Below, in pieces: positions 33,979 through 45,832 of a stretch of 64,000 nt of DNA (positions are counted from its first letter, which is position 1; every line of letters begins with the position of its first letter). The translations under genes and the position numbers were made by a program. This DNA is from Verrucomicrobiaceae bacterium (GTDB taxonomy: Bacteria > Verrucomicrobiota > Verrucomicrobiia > Chthoniobacterales > JAATET01): contig JAIYAZ010000015.1 in NCBI GenBank assembly GCA_027488755.1, forward strand, positions 16,913-80,912, written 5' to 3'. The notes beneath the pieces are model-generated. The model ran no database searches. It saw nothing but the letters and a program-made list of their open reading frames with translations, and had not been told where the DNA came from.

Positions 33979-34794
33979 CTAGCGCTCGACCGCGTAAAGC
34001 CCGCTCCGCGCCGTCACGTAGATCGTCTTTTCGTCGGAGCCGAAGCATAGATTGGTCGGCGCTTCCGGCACGGCATAGAGCCGCAAAAAGCGGCCATCCG
34101 GCGCGAAGACGCTGATCCCCCGCCCCTCCGTCACGTAAAGGTCGCCGTTCTTCGCCGTCCGCATGCCGTCCGGAACCCCGTGCCCGATGCGGGCAAAAAC
34201 CTCGCCCCCACGCAGCGTCCCGTCGGATTGGACCGCAAACACCCGCACCACCCGCGGCTTCCCCGAGTCGGCCACGTAAAGCTTCGACTCGTCCGGCGAA
34301 AAACACAGCCCGTTGGGCTGGTCAAAGTCGGCTGCCACCCGCGTCACCGCGGCCGTCGCGGGATCGCAGCGGTAGACCCCGCGCACCGGCTGGCCGTCCG
34401 TGCGCCCGGCCGCGCCATAGCTCGGATCCGTGAACCAGACCGAACCGTCCGATTTCACCACCGCATCATTCGGCGAGTTGAACGGCCGCCCCTCGAACCG
34501 CTCCGCCAGCACGGTCGTCGAGCCATCGGCCTCCGCCCGGATCACCCGGCGGTTCGCGTGCTCGCAGGTCAGAATCCGCCCGTCGGCATCAAGCGTGTTG
34601 CCGTTCGCCTGCCCGCTCGGCTCGCGGAAAACAACGGCCCCGCCCGCGGCCGTCCAGCGATAAAGTCGGTCCGCCGGAATGTCGCTGAACACCACGCTCC
34701 CATCCCGCAAAACCACCGGCCCCTCCACGAAACGAAAGTCCCCGGCCAGCTTACGGACGACCGGCTCCGGGGCCGCGTTGGACGGAAAAATCAT
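33979..34794 (-). CDS. SMP-30/gluconolactonase/LRE-family beta-propeller protein
   Basis: Contains FVEGPVVLRDGSVVFSDIPADRLYRW.., ..NGNTLDADGRILTCEH.., ..FNSPNDAVVKSDGSVWFTDPSYG.. and ..PNGLCFSPDE.. Start taken at ATG 34794. A slightly upstream GTG would add a signal-like segment. The rest of ORF 33979..35235 is antisense to the next gene. Confidence 0.8.
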   Translation of the reverse strand: MIFPSNAAPEPVVRKLAGDFRFVEGPVVLRDGSVVFSDIPADRLYRWTAAGGAVVFREPSGQANGNTLDADGRILTCEHANRRVIRAEADGSTTVLAERFEGRPFNSPNDAVVKSDGSVWFTDPSYGAAGRTDGQPVRGVYRCDPATAAVTRVAADFDQPNGLCFSPDESKLYVADSGKPRVVRVFAVQSDGTLRGGEVFARIGHGVPDGMRTAKNGDLYVTEGRGISVFAPDGRFLRLYAVPEAPTNLCFGSDEKTIYVTARSGLYAVER

Positions 34795-34896
34795 GAGGCA
34801 GAAATAGAGACCCGAGAACCACCGCAGGCAGGCATGCACCCACGCAGCAAAATTCCTTGCTTCCCCGGCTGTCAACGCCCTAAAAGCAATAAAGTC

Positions 34897-35322
34897 ATGA
34901 AGTTTCCCGCCCTCCTCGCTGTCGCGCTTCTCACCGGCGCCTCGATTGCCTTCGCTGACATCCAGGCCCCGCCCGCCTCGGAATTTGGCCCCACCCGTAA
35001 ACTCGGTCGCGGCATCAGCAACATCGCCTTCGGCTCGACCGAACTTTTGACCTCCTTCACCGAGGTGAATTACTCCGAGGGCAACTCCGCCGCCTGGAGC
35101 TACGGCCTCGTCCGCGGCGTCGGCCGCACCCTCGCCCGCCTCGGCTACGGCATCTACGAGACGGCCCTCTTCCCCTTCCCCACCGCGAAGGGCACCTACC
35201 GCCCCGCCTACAAGAGCGACATTCCCTGGATCCATTGCGGTTACAGCGAGTTCCCGCCGGAGCTCGGCTTCGAGAGCCGCTACAACTACGTCCGCGACTA
35301 CCCGCGCGATCCCTCGCTCTAA
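34897..35322 (+). CDS. small secreted protein resembling the exosortase-system-associated TIGR04073 family
   Basis: Start at ATG 34897. Signal peptide MKFPALLAVALLTGASIAFA, then KLGRGISNIAFGSTELL..., GLVRGVGRTLARLGYGIYETALFPFP. Family recognition is from memory. Confidence 0.55.
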   Translation: MKFPALLAVALLTGASIAFADIQAPPASEFGPTRKLGRGISNIAFGSTELLTSFTEVNYSEGNSAAWSYGLVRGVGRTLARLGYGIYETALFPFPTAKGTYRPAYKSDIPWIHCGYSEFPPELGFESRYNYVRDYPRDPSL

Positions 35323-35345
35323 ACGCGGGCAGGTTTGTTTTTCTT

Positions 35346-35380
35346 AAAACGGCGGAGGGCAACCTCCGCCGTTTTTGTTG
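35346..35380. terminator. bidirectional intrinsic terminator between the TIGR04073-like gene (+) and tgt (-)
   Basis: Hairpin aaaacggcggagg-gcaa-cctccgccgtttt, followed by tgttg. A/T runs sit on both sides. Confidence 0.7.
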
Positions 35381-35389
35381 TCCGGCGGA

Positions 35390-37796
<2,407 letters not shown>

Positions 37797-37800
<4 letters not shown>

Positions 37801-38738
37801 GCCGCTCCTCCCCCCGCGCAGAGGTAAAGCACGGCCATGCGCACGGCCAGGCCGTTGGTGACCTGCTCGAGAATGACGCTGTGCGGCCCGTCGGCAATGT
37901 CGCTGTCGATCTCGACGCCGCGGTTGATCGGCCCGGGATGCATGACGAGGCACGTCGGTTGCAGCCGGGCGGCGCGGGCCTTGGTCAGGCCGAAGAGAGC
38001 GGTGTATTCGCCGAGGCTCGGGAAGTATTCCTTGCGCTGGCGCTCATGCTGGATGCGGAGCAGGTTGATCACGTCGGTGGTCTCGAGAACGTCGTCGATG
38101 CGGTGGGTCACGCGCACCCCGAGCGCTTCGAGCGAGCGTGGCACGAGCGTGGTCGGGCCGACGAGCGTGACGTCCGCCCCGAGCTTCACGAGGGCGTGGA
38201 CGTTGGAACGCGCCACGCGGCTGAAGAGGATGTCGCCGACGATGGCGACCTTGAGGCCGGCGATCCGCCCGAAGCGCTCGCGCATGGTGAAGACGTCCAG
38301 CAATCCCTGCGTGGGGTGCTCGTGCGAGCCGTCGCCGGCGTTGATGACACTCGCGCCGAGGCGCTCGGCCAGGAATTGCGCCGCGCCCGCGGAGCTGTGC
38401 CGCAGGACGATGATGTCGGCGAGGAGGGCCTCAAGGTTGCGCGCGGTGTCCTTGAGCGTCTCGCCCTTTTGCAGGCTCGACGCCGTGGCGGCGATGTTCA
38501 CGACATCCGCGCTCAACCGCATGGCGGCCAGCTCGAAGGACGTGCGCGTCCGCGTGCTGGGCTCGACGAAGAAATTGACCAGCGTTTTTCCGCGGAGCGC
38601 GGGGACCTTTTTCAGCGAGCGTTCGCCGACGCCCTTGAAGGCCTTCGCGGTATCGAGCAGCAGGGTGATTTCCGCGGCGTTCAGCGCGTCGAGCGCGATG
38701 AGGTCCTTGCGGGTCCAGGCGGCGGGGGCGTTTGTCAT
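37797..38738 (-). CDS. pyrB: aspartate carbamoyltransferase catalytic subunit
   Basis: Start at ATG 38738 ([13 protein letters not shown]..). Contains the motifs [21 protein letters not shown] and [11 protein letters not shown]. Confidence 0.95.
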
Positions 38739-39289
38739 GGCTGCACCACCGCGACACTGTCGGGCACTCCGTCGGGGTTTTCGAAGCGGACGCGGATCTT
38801 TTCGTCCCGCTCGGTGGGCACGTTGCGTCCGACGTAATCGGGGCGGATCGGAAGCTCGCGGTGGCCGCGGTCGACCAGCACGGCGAGCTGGATGCGGGCG
38901 GGGCGGCCGAAGGAGGTGACCGCATCCATCGCGGCGCGGCAACTGCGGCCCGTGAAGAGCACGTCGTCCACGAGCACCAGCGTGCGGCTTTCGAGGTCGA
39001 GAGGCAGCTGGGTGGCGGCAACCGCCGTCGGGCGGCGCGTGGCCAGGTCATCCCGGTGCATGGAGACGTCGACGACCCCGAGCTCAGGCCGGACGCCCTC
39101 GACGGTCTCGATGTGGTCGGCTAGCCGGCGGGCGACCTCGACGCCGCGGGTGGGAATTCCGGCGAGCACGAGCCGGGAGAAGTCGGGGTTTTGCTCGATG
39201 ATCTCGTGCGCGATGCGCCGGATCGCCTTGCGGATCGCGTCCGCGTCCATGACCACGTGGGTGGCCGGTTCGGGTTTGGGTGGTGTCAT
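38735..39289 (-). CDS. pyrR: bifunctional pyrimidine operon regulator / uracil phosphoribosyltransferase PyrR
   Basis: Start at ATG 39289 ([30 protein letters not shown]..). PRTase loop [13 protein letters not shown]-terminal ..DYVGRNVPT... Confidence 0.9.
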   Translation of the reverse strand: MTPPKPEPATHVVMDADAIRKAIRRIAHEIIEQNPDFSRLVLAGIPTRGVEVARRLADHIETVEGVRPELGVVDVSMHRDDLATRRPTAVAATQLPLDLESRTLVLVDDVLFTGRSCRAAMDAVTSFGRPARIQLAVLVDRGHRELPIRPDYVGRNVPTERDEKIRVRFENPDGVPDSVAVVQP

Positions 39290-39347
39290 TGCGGATTCCT
39301 TCGCGGCCTCGCGGGACCGCATTAAAGGAGGTTGGGCGGCGGTCGGC
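39290..39347 (-). promoter_or_regulatory. pyrR leader: SD-sequestering hairpin with PyrR-box-like apex (candidate)
   Basis: The minus-strand RNA reads ..CCUCCUUUAAUGCGGUCCCGCGAGGCCGCGAAGGAAUCCGCA-AUG. GCGGUC/GGCCGC form a 6-bp stem (one G-U pair) with a hexaloop. UCCUU can pair with the AAGGA Shine-Dalgarno-like element. GGUCC...GAGGCC resembles the PyrR binding consensus RGUCCAGAGAGGCY. Confidence 0.35.
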
Positions 39348-39584
39348 CTACGAGGAGCGGGCCTCCGGTTTCTCCGCGCCGGGGCGGGAGCGAAGCTCGC
39401 GCCAACCGGAGCGGTATTTGATGATCCAGTCGAGCAGCGCGCGCTCAAAGCCGATGTCGCGGCCGGCCTTTTCGCTCTCGATCCACTTGTGCCGGAGGAT
39501 CTCCTCCCGCTCGGCCAGATATTCGCGGTAGAGCGAAGAATTTTTGACGAGGTCAAAGGGGGCCTCGTTTTTGGGGAAACTCAT
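39348..39584 (-). CDS. small conserved-looking protein (78 aa) with HKWIESEKAGRDIG motif
   Basis: Sequence MSFPKNEAPFDLVKNSSLYREYLAEREEILRHKWIESEKAGRDIGFERALLDWIIKYRSGWRE.. G/C-ending codons. I recall the H-K-W-x-x-S-E-K-A-G motif as a recurrent small-domain signature but cannot name the family. Confidence 0.55.
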   Translation of the reverse strand: MSFPKNEAPFDLVKNSSLYREYLAEREEILRHKWIESEKAGRDIGFERALLDWIIKYRSGWRELRSRPGAEKPEARSS

Positions 39585-39670
39585 AGAATTCTCGGGTCAG
39601 GATACTGCCGAAGTTTGGATGAAAGTCAATTCGCCACCACTTATCCGGCTCCGCATCAGGAATTTACGCC

Positions 39671-40708
39671 CTAATCGCACTGCTTCTTCAGAGCACCCGC
39701 CAAGGCAGCAAATGCCATGCCGGCGGTGGACTCGGGGGCAAACTCCGCCACGGGCCGCCCGAGATCGGCCCCTTCGCGGAGCGGCGGCTCGATGGGGATT
39801 TCCCCGAGCAGTGGCACGCCGAGGCGGCGGGCCTCCCGCGCGCCCCCGCCCGAGCCGAACAGATCGTAGCGCACGCCGTCGCTGGGGCATTGGAAATAGC
39901 TCATGTTTTCCACGAGGCCGAGCACGGGCACGTTGGTTTTCGCGAACATGCGGGCGGCCTTGCGGGCGTCGATGAGGGCGACTTCCTGCGGCGTCGTCAC
40001 AATGACCGCCCCGCGCAGCGCGACGGTCTGCACGATCGTGAGCTGGATGTCGCCGGTGCCGGGCGGCAGGTCGAGGATGAGATAGTCCAGGCTGCCCCAC
40101 GCCACCTGCCGGAGAAATTGCTGGGTGTAGCGCGTAACCATCGGCCCGCGCAGCACCGCCGGAGAATCGTCCTCGAGCAGAAATCCCATCGACATGAGGC
40201 GCACGCCATACCGCTCAATGGGAATAATGCGATTCTCGTCGTCGGCGGTCGGCCGCTCGTTCGCGCCGAACATCAGCGCAATGCTCGGGCCGTAAAGGTC
40301 GCAGTCACACAAGCCCACGCGGGAACCGGCCCGCCGCAGGGCGATGGCCAGATTGGCCGCCACGGTGGATTTGCCAACCCCGCCCTTGCCGCTGGCCACG
40401 GCGATGACGTTGCGCACGCCCTCGATTTCCTGCGGACCCGTCACGCTCGCCGCCGCGCCGGGCGCCGCCTGGACCTCGACCTCCACCTTCACCCGACCCG
40501 CTCCGGGAATGGCCCGCAGCCGGGCGGTCGCCGTTTCCTGGAGGGCGACGGGAATCGTGCGGTCGCTTGTCGTCACCGCCAGGCGCACGTGGATATCCAC
40601 GCCGTGCGCGTGGGCGTCCTTGACGAGGCCGAAGGAAACGATGTCCCGGTTGAAGCCGGGGTATTTCACTTCCTTCAGCGCGGCAAGAATCTGGTCCTGG
40701 GAAATCAT
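39671..40708 (-). CDS. apbC: Mrp/NBP35/ApbC family iron-sulfur cluster carrier ATPase
   Basis: N-terminal DUF59/MIP18-like segment (ILAALKEVKYPGFNRDIVSFGLV). Deviant Walker A VASGKGGVGKST. Also ..DLPPGTGD... Confidence 0.9.
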   Translation of the reverse strand: MISQDQILAALKEVKYPGFNRDIVSFGLVKDAHAHGVDIHVRLAVTTSDRTIPVALQETATARLRAIPGAGRVKVEVEVQAAPGAAASVTGPQEIEGVRNVIAVASGKGGVGKSTVAANLAIALRRAGSRVGLCDCDLYGPSIALMFGANERPTADDENRIIPIERYGVRLMSMGFLLEDDSPAVLRGPMVTRYTQQFLRQVAWGSLDYLILDLPPGTGDIQLTIVQTVALRGAVIVTTPQEVALIDARKAARMFAKTNVPVLGLVENMSYFQCPSDGVRYDLFGSGGGAREARRLGVPLLGEIPIEPPLREGADLGRPVAEFAPESTAGMAFAALAGALKKQCD

Positions 40709-40781
40709 GGGGCGACTTTCTACTCCACGGAACGTCGAAAACGAAGGACAGGATTCCCCGCGTTTGCGCGGAACGCCAAAT

Positions 40782-42185
40782 TCAGAACGTCTTCCGCAGA
40801 TGGCTCGGCAGGATTCCGAGCTGCTCGCGGTATTTGGCGACCGTGCGCCGCGCGATGGGAATGCCCCGCTCCTTGAGGATTTCCAGAATCGCCTGATCGC
40901 TCAACGGCCGGCGCTTGTCCTCCTTGTCAACGACCTCGGCGATGGCCTTGCGCACGCTTTCGTTGCTGATGTCGGAGCCGCCGTCGGTCTGGTAGCCCGG
41001 CGTGAAAAAATACTTCATCTCAAACACGCCCTGCGGGGTGAGCATGTATTTGCCGTTGGTGGCGCGGCTCACGGTCGTCTCATGCACGCCGACGGCCTGG
41101 GCGACCTGGTTCATGGTCATCGGCCGCAGCGCGCTCGGCCCGGCGCGCAGAAACTCCTCCTGCCGGCGCACGATTTCCCGCGAGATGTTCAGGATGGTCT
41201 GCTGCCGCTGCTGGATGCATTTGATGAAAAAGCGGCCGCCCTTTATCTTGTCGCGGATGTAGTCGCGCACCTGTCCCCGCGACTCGGGCTCGGACAGCAG
41301 ATCCTTGTAGTAATTGCTGATGCGGAGCATCGGCACGTGGTCGTTGTTCAGCGAAACGAGGAACTCCCCGAGTTCGTTTTCCTCCACCACGACATCCGGC
41401 TGGATGACCTGGTCCATGCTGCTGGAAAACTGCCGGGCCGGACGCGGCTCGAGCGTGGAAATAAAATCCGCCGCCTCCTGCACGTCGTGCACGCCGACGC
41501 CGAGGCGACGCGCGACCTCCGGAAACCGCCGCTTGAGCAGGTCGTCGAGGTGGCCGTTGACGATGCGGCGCTCCAGGCTCTCGCGCTTGCCCATGCGGTC
41601 GAGCTGGATGAGGAGACATTCCCGGAGATCGCGCGCCGCGACGCCGACCGGATCAAGCGCCTGCACCTCGGCCAGCACCCGCTCGACCTTCTCCGGCCGC
41701 GTGTTCGTGAGTCCGGCGATTTCCGGCACGGCGATCTCCAGCAACCCCGCCTCGTTGAGGTTGCCGACGATGGTGTCCGCCACCTCCCGCTCCTCGGCGT
41801 CGAGCTCGCAGAGCGCCAGCTGGTCGAGCAAATGCTGCTGCAGGCTCACCGGCGTGCGGATCGAGTTGAACAAAAACTCCCGGCGCTCCTGCGCCTCGGC
41901 CGAGCGCCCGTCGTAGGCCCCGCTCTGCGACATGTAATCGCGCCACTCCTCGTCGAGGCGGCTCACCTCGCGCACGTCGTCCTCCCACTCGTCGCCGTCG
42001 TCCGAAAGGTCCTCGTCCCGCTCGGGCACCTCCTCCTCGAGCACCGGATTCGCCTGCAGCTCCTGCTCCACCATGTTGCGCAGCTCGAGCACCGGAGCCT
42101 GCAACACCTGCAGACTTTGCTGCATCTGCGGAGACAGCGTCTGCTGAAGCGATAAACCGAGGGACTGCTCAAAACCGGCCATCAC
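40782..42185 (-). CDS. rpoN: RNA polymerase sigma-54 factor
   Basis: Gln/Leu-rich region I (LSLQQTLSPQMQQSLQVLQAPVLEL). C-terminal HTH and RpoN box (..GIPIARRTVAKYREQLGI..). Confidence 0.95.
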   Translation of the reverse strand: MMAGFEQSLGLSLQQTLSPQMQQSLQVLQAPVLELRNMVEQELQANPVLEEEVPERDEDLSDDGDEWEDDVREVSRLDEEWRDYMSQSGAYDGRSAEAQERREFLFNSIRTPVSLQQHLLDQLALCELDAEEREVADTIVGNLNEAGLLEIAVPEIAGLTNTRPEKVERVLAEVQALDPVGVAARDLRECLLIQLDRMGKRESLERRIVNGHLDDLLKRRFPEVARRLGVGVHDVQEAADFISTLEPRPARQFSSSMDQVIQPDVVVEENELGEFLVSLNNDHVPMLRISNYYKDLLSEPESRGQVRDYIRDKIKGGRFFIKCIQQRQQTILNISREIVRRQEEFLRAGPSALRPMTMNQVAQAVGVHETTVSRATNGKYMLTPQGVFEMKYFFTPGYQTDGGSDISNESVRKAIAEVVDKEDKRRPLSDQAILEILKERGIPIARRTVAKYREQLGILPSHLRKTF

Positions 42186-42291
42186 GGACGGTAATCAGGC
42201 ATCCTTCCTGCTGCGGCAAGCACATTCCGCGCCAAAACGGAAAAGACGCATCCTTGCCGCGCCCCGTTCGCAATGCCATGAATGGGGTGCC

Positions 42292-43305
42292 ATGAAACCG
42301 CGAGTCGCCTTTTTTGACGCCAAATCCTACGACCGGGAATACTTCGACCGCGTGGGCCGCGACTGGCTCGACTTCAACTACCACCGCTTTGCCCTCGATA
42401 CGGAGATCGCCGGCGTGGTGGCCGACGCCTTCGCCGTCTGCTGCTTCGTGCACGACCGCGTCGACCGGGCCTGCCTGGAGGCGCTCAAGTCCCACGGCGT
42501 CCGCCTGGTGGCGATGCGCTGCGCGGGATTCAACGGCGTGGACCTCGAGGCCGCTCGCGAACTCGGCATCGTGGTCACCCGCGTGCCGGCCTACTCGCCG
42601 AACGCCGTGGCCGAACACGCCGTCGCCATGCTGCTCACCCTCGTGCGCAACACCCACCGCGCCTACAACCGCATTCGCGACCACAACTTCTCCCTCGCCG
42701 GCCTCGTCGGCTTCGACATCGCGGGCAAAACGGTCGGCGTCATCGGCTGCGGCAAAATCGGCCAGAAGGCCGCGCAGATCTTCCGCGGCTTCGAGGCCCG
42801 CGTCCTTGCGCACGACCCCGCCGCCGACCCGGCCTGGGCGACGCAGCACGGCGTCGAACTCGTTGATCTCCCCACCCTCTGGCGCGAGTGCGACATCCTC
42901 ACGCTCCACGTCCCGCTCTTCCCCGAGACCGAATACCTGATCCGCGCGGAGACCCTCGCGGCGATGAAACGCGGCGTCATCATCATCAACACCAGCCGCG
43001 GCAAACTCGTCAAAACCGACGACCTCATCACCGCGCTCCGCAGCGGGCAGGTGGGCGGCGTCTGCCTGGACGTCTACGAGGAGGAGGACGAAGTTTTCTA
43101 CTCCGATCACTCGGGTCAGATTCTCGACGACGAAACCCTCGCGCTGCTGCTCACCTTCCCGAATGTGCTCGTGACCTCGCACCAGGCCTTTCTCACGCGC
43201 GAGGCGCTTTTGGAAATCGCCACCACGACCGTCGAAAACATCCTCGCGCTCGCCGGGGGCCGCCCGCTCCTGCCGGGCACCGTGCTGGTCGAGCCCGCGG
43301 GCTAG
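42292..43305 (+). CDS. ldhA: D-lactate / D-2-hydroxyacid dehydrogenase
   Basis: Collinear with E. coli LdhA as I recall it: ..AFFDAKSYDREYF.., ..MRCAGFNGVDLEAARELGIVVTRVPAYSPNAVAEHA.., NAD-binding GVIGCGKIGQ. Confidence 0.85.
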   Translation: MKPRVAFFDAKSYDREYFDRVGRDWLDFNYHRFALDTEIAGVVADAFAVCCFVHDRVDRACLEALKSHGVRLVAMRCAGFNGVDLEAARELGIVVTRVPAYSPNAVAEHAVAMLLTLVRNTHRAYNRIRDHNFSLAGLVGFDIAGKTVGVIGCGKIGQKAAQIFRGFEARVLAHDPAADPAWATQHGVELVDLPTLWRECDILTLHVPLFPETEYLIRAETLAAMKRGVIIINTSRGKLVKTDDLITALRSGQVGGVCLDVYEEEDEVFYSDHSGQILDDETLALLLTFPNVLVTSHQAFLTREALLEIATTTVENILALAGGRPLLPGTVLVEPAG

Positions 43306-44882
43306 CGGCGGAGACGCCGCCTCACGGCAGCCAGGGCGTCATTCGTAGCCTCCACGCGCAGCAGCAGGCAGCCGAGGAGATAAACCCCGGCAGCCACGGC
43401 GACCACGCCGACCAGCACCGCGAGCCGAACCGGTAAAACCGCGTCAAACAGCCAGGGCCGCAACTCCGTAAGCCCAAGCCACGCGACTCCGCCGAGCAGC
43501 GCCGCGCTGAGCGAGCAACGCACGAGCGTGGCGGCCAGGCGGCGGGACTCGAGGTTGCCCGCAATGCGGTGCATGAGGACGTAGAGGACGAGAAAATTCA
43601 GCGAGGCGGCAATGGCCGTCGCCAGGGCGAGCCCGCGGTGGCCGAGCCCAAGGTGGAAGATGAACCAGTAGTTGAGCCCAAGGTTCAGCGCGATGGAGCC
43701 AAAGCTCACGAGCATCGGGGTCCACTTGCGGTCGATGGCGTAGAATGCGGGCGACAGCACCTTGATGCCGGAGTAGGCGACGAGCCCGAGCGCGTAGAAC
43801 TGGAGCGCGCCGGCGCAGTTGATCGCGTCCCAGGCGACAAAGTTGTGGTGCTGGTAGATGAGGCTGATGATCGGATGCGCGAGGAAAAAAAGACCGACCG
43901 CCGAGGGCAGCGTGAGAAACGCAGCGAGCCGCAGGGCCTTGCCGAGCGTGGGGCCAAATGCGCTGCGGTCGACGTTGGCGGCGATGCGGGCAACCACGGG
44001 CAGCGTGATCGTCGCCACCGCCACGCCGAAAATCCCGAGCGGCAGCTGCATGAGGCGGAAGGCGTTGTTGAGCCACGTGACGGCCTCGGGGCCAAGCGTG
44101 GAAGCGAAGCTGGTGTTGATGAGCACGTTCACCTGAACGGCGCTCGCGGCGATGACGGAGGGCACCATCAGCACGAGGACCTGGCGCACCCCCGGGTCGC
44201 GCCAGCGGAAGTCCGGTCGAAACGAAAACCCGACCCGCCGCAGGCTGGGGAGCTGCACCGCGAGCTGAAGCAGGCCGCCGATAAGCGTGCCGACCGCGAG
44301 GCCGACGAGCGCACGTTCTCCGAACTTCGGATCGAGCCACCAGCCGAGCGCGAGGCCGCCGACGATGGAACCGATGTTAAAGAAACTCGACGCCATGGCG
44401 GGCACGCCGAAGACGTCGCGCGAGTTCAGCATGCCCATCACCAGCGCAGCGAGCGACACGAGCAGGATGAACGGGAACATGATCTGCGTGAGCAGCACGG
44501 TCTGCGCACGGAACTCAGGCGAGAATCCCCACGCAAGCACGCCGACGAGTTGCTCCGCGAAGACGACGCCCAGGATCGTGACGAGGCTCATGAAGACGGT
44601 CGCGAGCGTCATCATTTTCCCCGCGAGTTTCCACGCTCCCGCGGGACCGTCGGCCTCGATTTTTTTCGAGAAGACGGTGATGAACGCGGTGGAAAGCGCG
44701 CCCTCGGCGAAGAGATCGCGGAGGAGGTTCGGCGCCCGGAATGCGACGAGAAAAATGCCGAGGAGCTGCGAGCCGAAAAGCGCGCTGAAGAGGACTTCGC
44801 GCGCGAGGCCGAGCACGCGGGAGCACATTACGGCGAGGGCGATGACGCCCGAGGCCCGGGTATTGAGCTTGTGACTACCCAC
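43302..44882 (-). CDS. murJ: lipid II flippase MurJ (MviN)
   Basis: Probable GTG start at 44882, with an 8-nt overlap onto the sua5 stop. Reads ..SGVIALAVMCSRVLGLAREVLFSALFG..AFRAPNLLRDLFAEGALSTAFITVFS... 14-TM MOP-family pattern. The upstream part of ORF 43302..45101 is an extension. Confidence 0.85.
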   Translation of the reverse strand: MGSHKLNTRASGVIALAVMCSRVLGLAREVLFSALFGSQLLGIFLVAFRAPNLLRDLFAEGALSTAFITVFSKKIEADGPAGAWKLAGKMMTLATVFMSLVTILGVVFAEQLVGVLAWGFSPEFRAQTVLLTQIMFPFILLVSLAALVMGMLNSRDVFGVPAMASSFFNIGSIVGGLALGWWLDPKFGERALVGLAVGTLIGGLLQLAVQLPSLRRVGFSFRPDFRWRDPGVRQVLVLMVPSVIAASAVQVNVLINTSFASTLGPEAVTWLNNAFRLMQLPLGIFGVAVATITLPVVARIAANVDRSAFGPTLGKALRLAAFLTLPSAVGLFFLAHPIISLIYQHHNFVAWDAINCAGALQFYALGLVAYSGIKVLSPAFYAIDRKWTPMLVSFGSIALNLGLNYWFIFHLGLGHRGLALATAIAASLNFLVLYVLMHRIAGNLESRRLAATLVRCSLSAALLGGVAWLGLTELRPWLFDAVLPVRLAVLVGVVAVAAGVYLLGCLLLRVEATNDALAAVRRRLRR

Positions 44883-45822
44883 GCGCGGCGGCTTTGCGAA
44901 GACGATCCATGATGGCGGCACCCAGCCCATCCTCGGGCAGCGGCAGGGCCACAATGCGCGAGAGCCCGGCGGCGTCAAGCCGGCGCATGGCGGCGTAAAG
45001 GTTCGCCGCGACCTCGCGCCGGTCGCCCGTGGGGGAAAGCACCTCCACGCGCGCAAACCCCTCGCCCTCCGGTCCGGGTCGCCACAGCAGCAGGCCGGCA
45101 TACCCCGCCGGCCGCGGGACCGGATCGAGGTCCAGCGGCGTCGCCGGCGCGTAGTGGCTCTTGAGGTTTCCCGGCGCGGCGACGTCGGCGCGGGGCCCCG
45201 AATGAACCGGGGCGAAAGCCCCCAAATCCTCCGCGGTGACCGGCCCTGCGCGCAGAATCCGCAGCGCCCCGTCCTCGACCAGGACGATGGTCGATTCGAT
45301 GCCGTGCCGGCAGGTCCCGCCGTCGATCACCAGTCCGATGCGCCCGCCCAGCTCTGCGTGAACGTGCTCTGCGCTGGTCGGGCTGATGCGGCCGAATCGA
45401 TTCGCGCTCGGCGCGGCGAGCGGAAGCGCCGCCGCCTGCGCGACCGCCGCAAACACCGGATGGGCGCTCATCCGCAGGGCCACGGTTTCCTGCCCGGCAG
45501 TAACGAGGTCGGGCACGATGGCCTGACGCGGCAGCACGAGGGTGAGCGGGCCGGGCCAGAACGCCGCCGCGAGCCGGCGGGCCAAAGCGTTCGGTCGGGC
45601 GAGACGGTCAAGCCACTCCGGCGCGGGCAGGTGAACAATGAGCGGATCGCTGAGCGGCCGCTCCTTCGCCTCGAAGATGCGGGCGCAGGCCACGGGATCG
45701 AGCGCGTTGGCCGCGAGGCCGTAGACCGTCTCGGTCGGCAGCGCCACCACCTCCCCCGCCGTGAGGGCGGCGGCGGCGCGGGCGATCGCGGCGGGCGTGG
45801 AGGCAAACGTCTCGGTCGTCAC
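44875..45822 (-). CDS. L-threonylcarbamoyladenylate synthase (Sua5/YwlC type, YrdC + Sua5 domains)
   Basis: GTG start at 45822. YrdC motifs ..GEVVALPTETVYGLAANA.., ..IFEAKERPLSDPLIVH.., ..PSANRFGR.SPT.. A C-terminal Sua5 domain of about 100 aa follows. Confidence 0.85.
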   Translation of the reverse strand: MTTETFASTPAAIARAAAALTAGEVVALPTETVYGLAANALDPVACARIFEAKERPLSDPLIVHLPAPEWLDRLARPNALARRLAAAFWPGPLTLVLPRQAIVPDLVTAGQETVALRMSAHPVFAAVAQAAALPLAAPSANRFGRISPTSAEHVHAELGGRIGLVIDGGTCRHGIESTIVLVEDGALRILRAGPVTAEDLGAFAPVHSGPRADVAAPGNLKSHYAPATPLDLDPVPRPAGYAGLLLWRPGPEGEGFARVEVLSPTGDRREVAANLYAAMRRLDAAGLSRIVALPLPEDGLGAAIMDRLRKAAARG

Positions 45823-45832
45823 GGGCGGTTGC

